64,000 nt of DNA from positions 156,612,001 through 156,676,000 of the forward strand of contig NC_042997.1 of NCBI RefSeq assembly GCF_006345805.1. Direction: 5' to 3'. The stretch is from Octopus sinensis. Its lineage: Eukaryota. This document shows positions 63,607 through 64,000 of the stretch, piece after piece (the stretch's first letter is position 1; each line of letters starts with the position of its first letter). The notes beneath the pieces are model-generated. The model made no database searches. It saw nothing but the letters and a program-made list of their open reading frames with translations, and was not told the origin of the DNA. A program made the position numbers and the translations under genes.

Positions 63607-63803
63607 GACTATTGAAAAGGTTGCAAGACGCAACGAAAATTTTAGGAAAATAAAAATAAAAAATAAGTGGAAATTTTACCGGTGAGTGTAAGGCACATTA
63701 TAAGGCACAAAAAGAGAATTACTCGCCCCAGACACAACAGAATATGCTTCAACACACGAACTCATATAAAGAATCTTGCAAACCAAATCCCAAAACGAAA
63801 TAA
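63607..63803 (+). mobile_element. Family P2 copy (Penelope-like terminal repeat)
   Basis: Matches 45934-46130. Confidence 0.6.
63609..63645 (+). ncRNA. Candidate variant minimal hammerhead (U3:A8)
   Basis: CTA / TTGAAAA / G / GTTGC-AAGAC-GCAAC / GAAA-ATT-T / TAG. Confidence 0.4.
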
Positions 63804-64000
63804 TATTTTACTTTACGGCATAATTATTTTTAATTATCTTTTCAATACTCACTACCCTAACCTATGTTAACCTGCATCATCAGCAAGATAAAGAAATCAT
63901 TCATCTACTTTTTGCTGAAAGACAAGAGCATGAGTTGAAGAATGCACCTTGAATATACCACACAAAGGAAAGTAGAAATTTTCCCACAAGTTACCTTGCA

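Overview
This is AT-rich, repeat-dense eukaryotic DNA. The SINE, MITE and RTE families suggest an octopus or other coleoid cephalopod (inferred from recognised repeat families; no search was run). No long host ORF is present, and most ORF-track entries are microsatellite or repeat artefacts. A probable gene starts near 3.0 kb on the + strand (ATG-bearing exon 3028-3105 with a GTAAGT donor). The rest of the window looks like its large introns with a few small, unconfirmed exon candidates; I could not identify the gene. Confidently supported elements are RTE LINE remnants and their 3' tails, a near full-length fossil piggyBac (40620-42853, all three catalytic Asp kept), two Tc1/mariner transposase remnants, a HERO-like RLE LINE 3' end, a non-autonomous Helitron, hAT/mariner/piggyBac-type MITEs and four tRNA-derived SINE families. 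The most interesting signals are: (1) two unrelated short repeat families that each carry a minimal, Penelope-type hammerhead-ribozyme motif, one fused to a tRNA/Pol III head and the other with a U3:A8 core variant; each forms a fold-back palindrome whose inverted arm has lost the ribozyme segment; (2) a very young 506-bp perfect palindrome; (3) a tandemly duplicated EF-hand (calcineurin-B-like) coding fragment; (4) a duplicated exon-like unit split by a SINE. Coordinates of degenerate repeats are approximate (about +/-20 bp).
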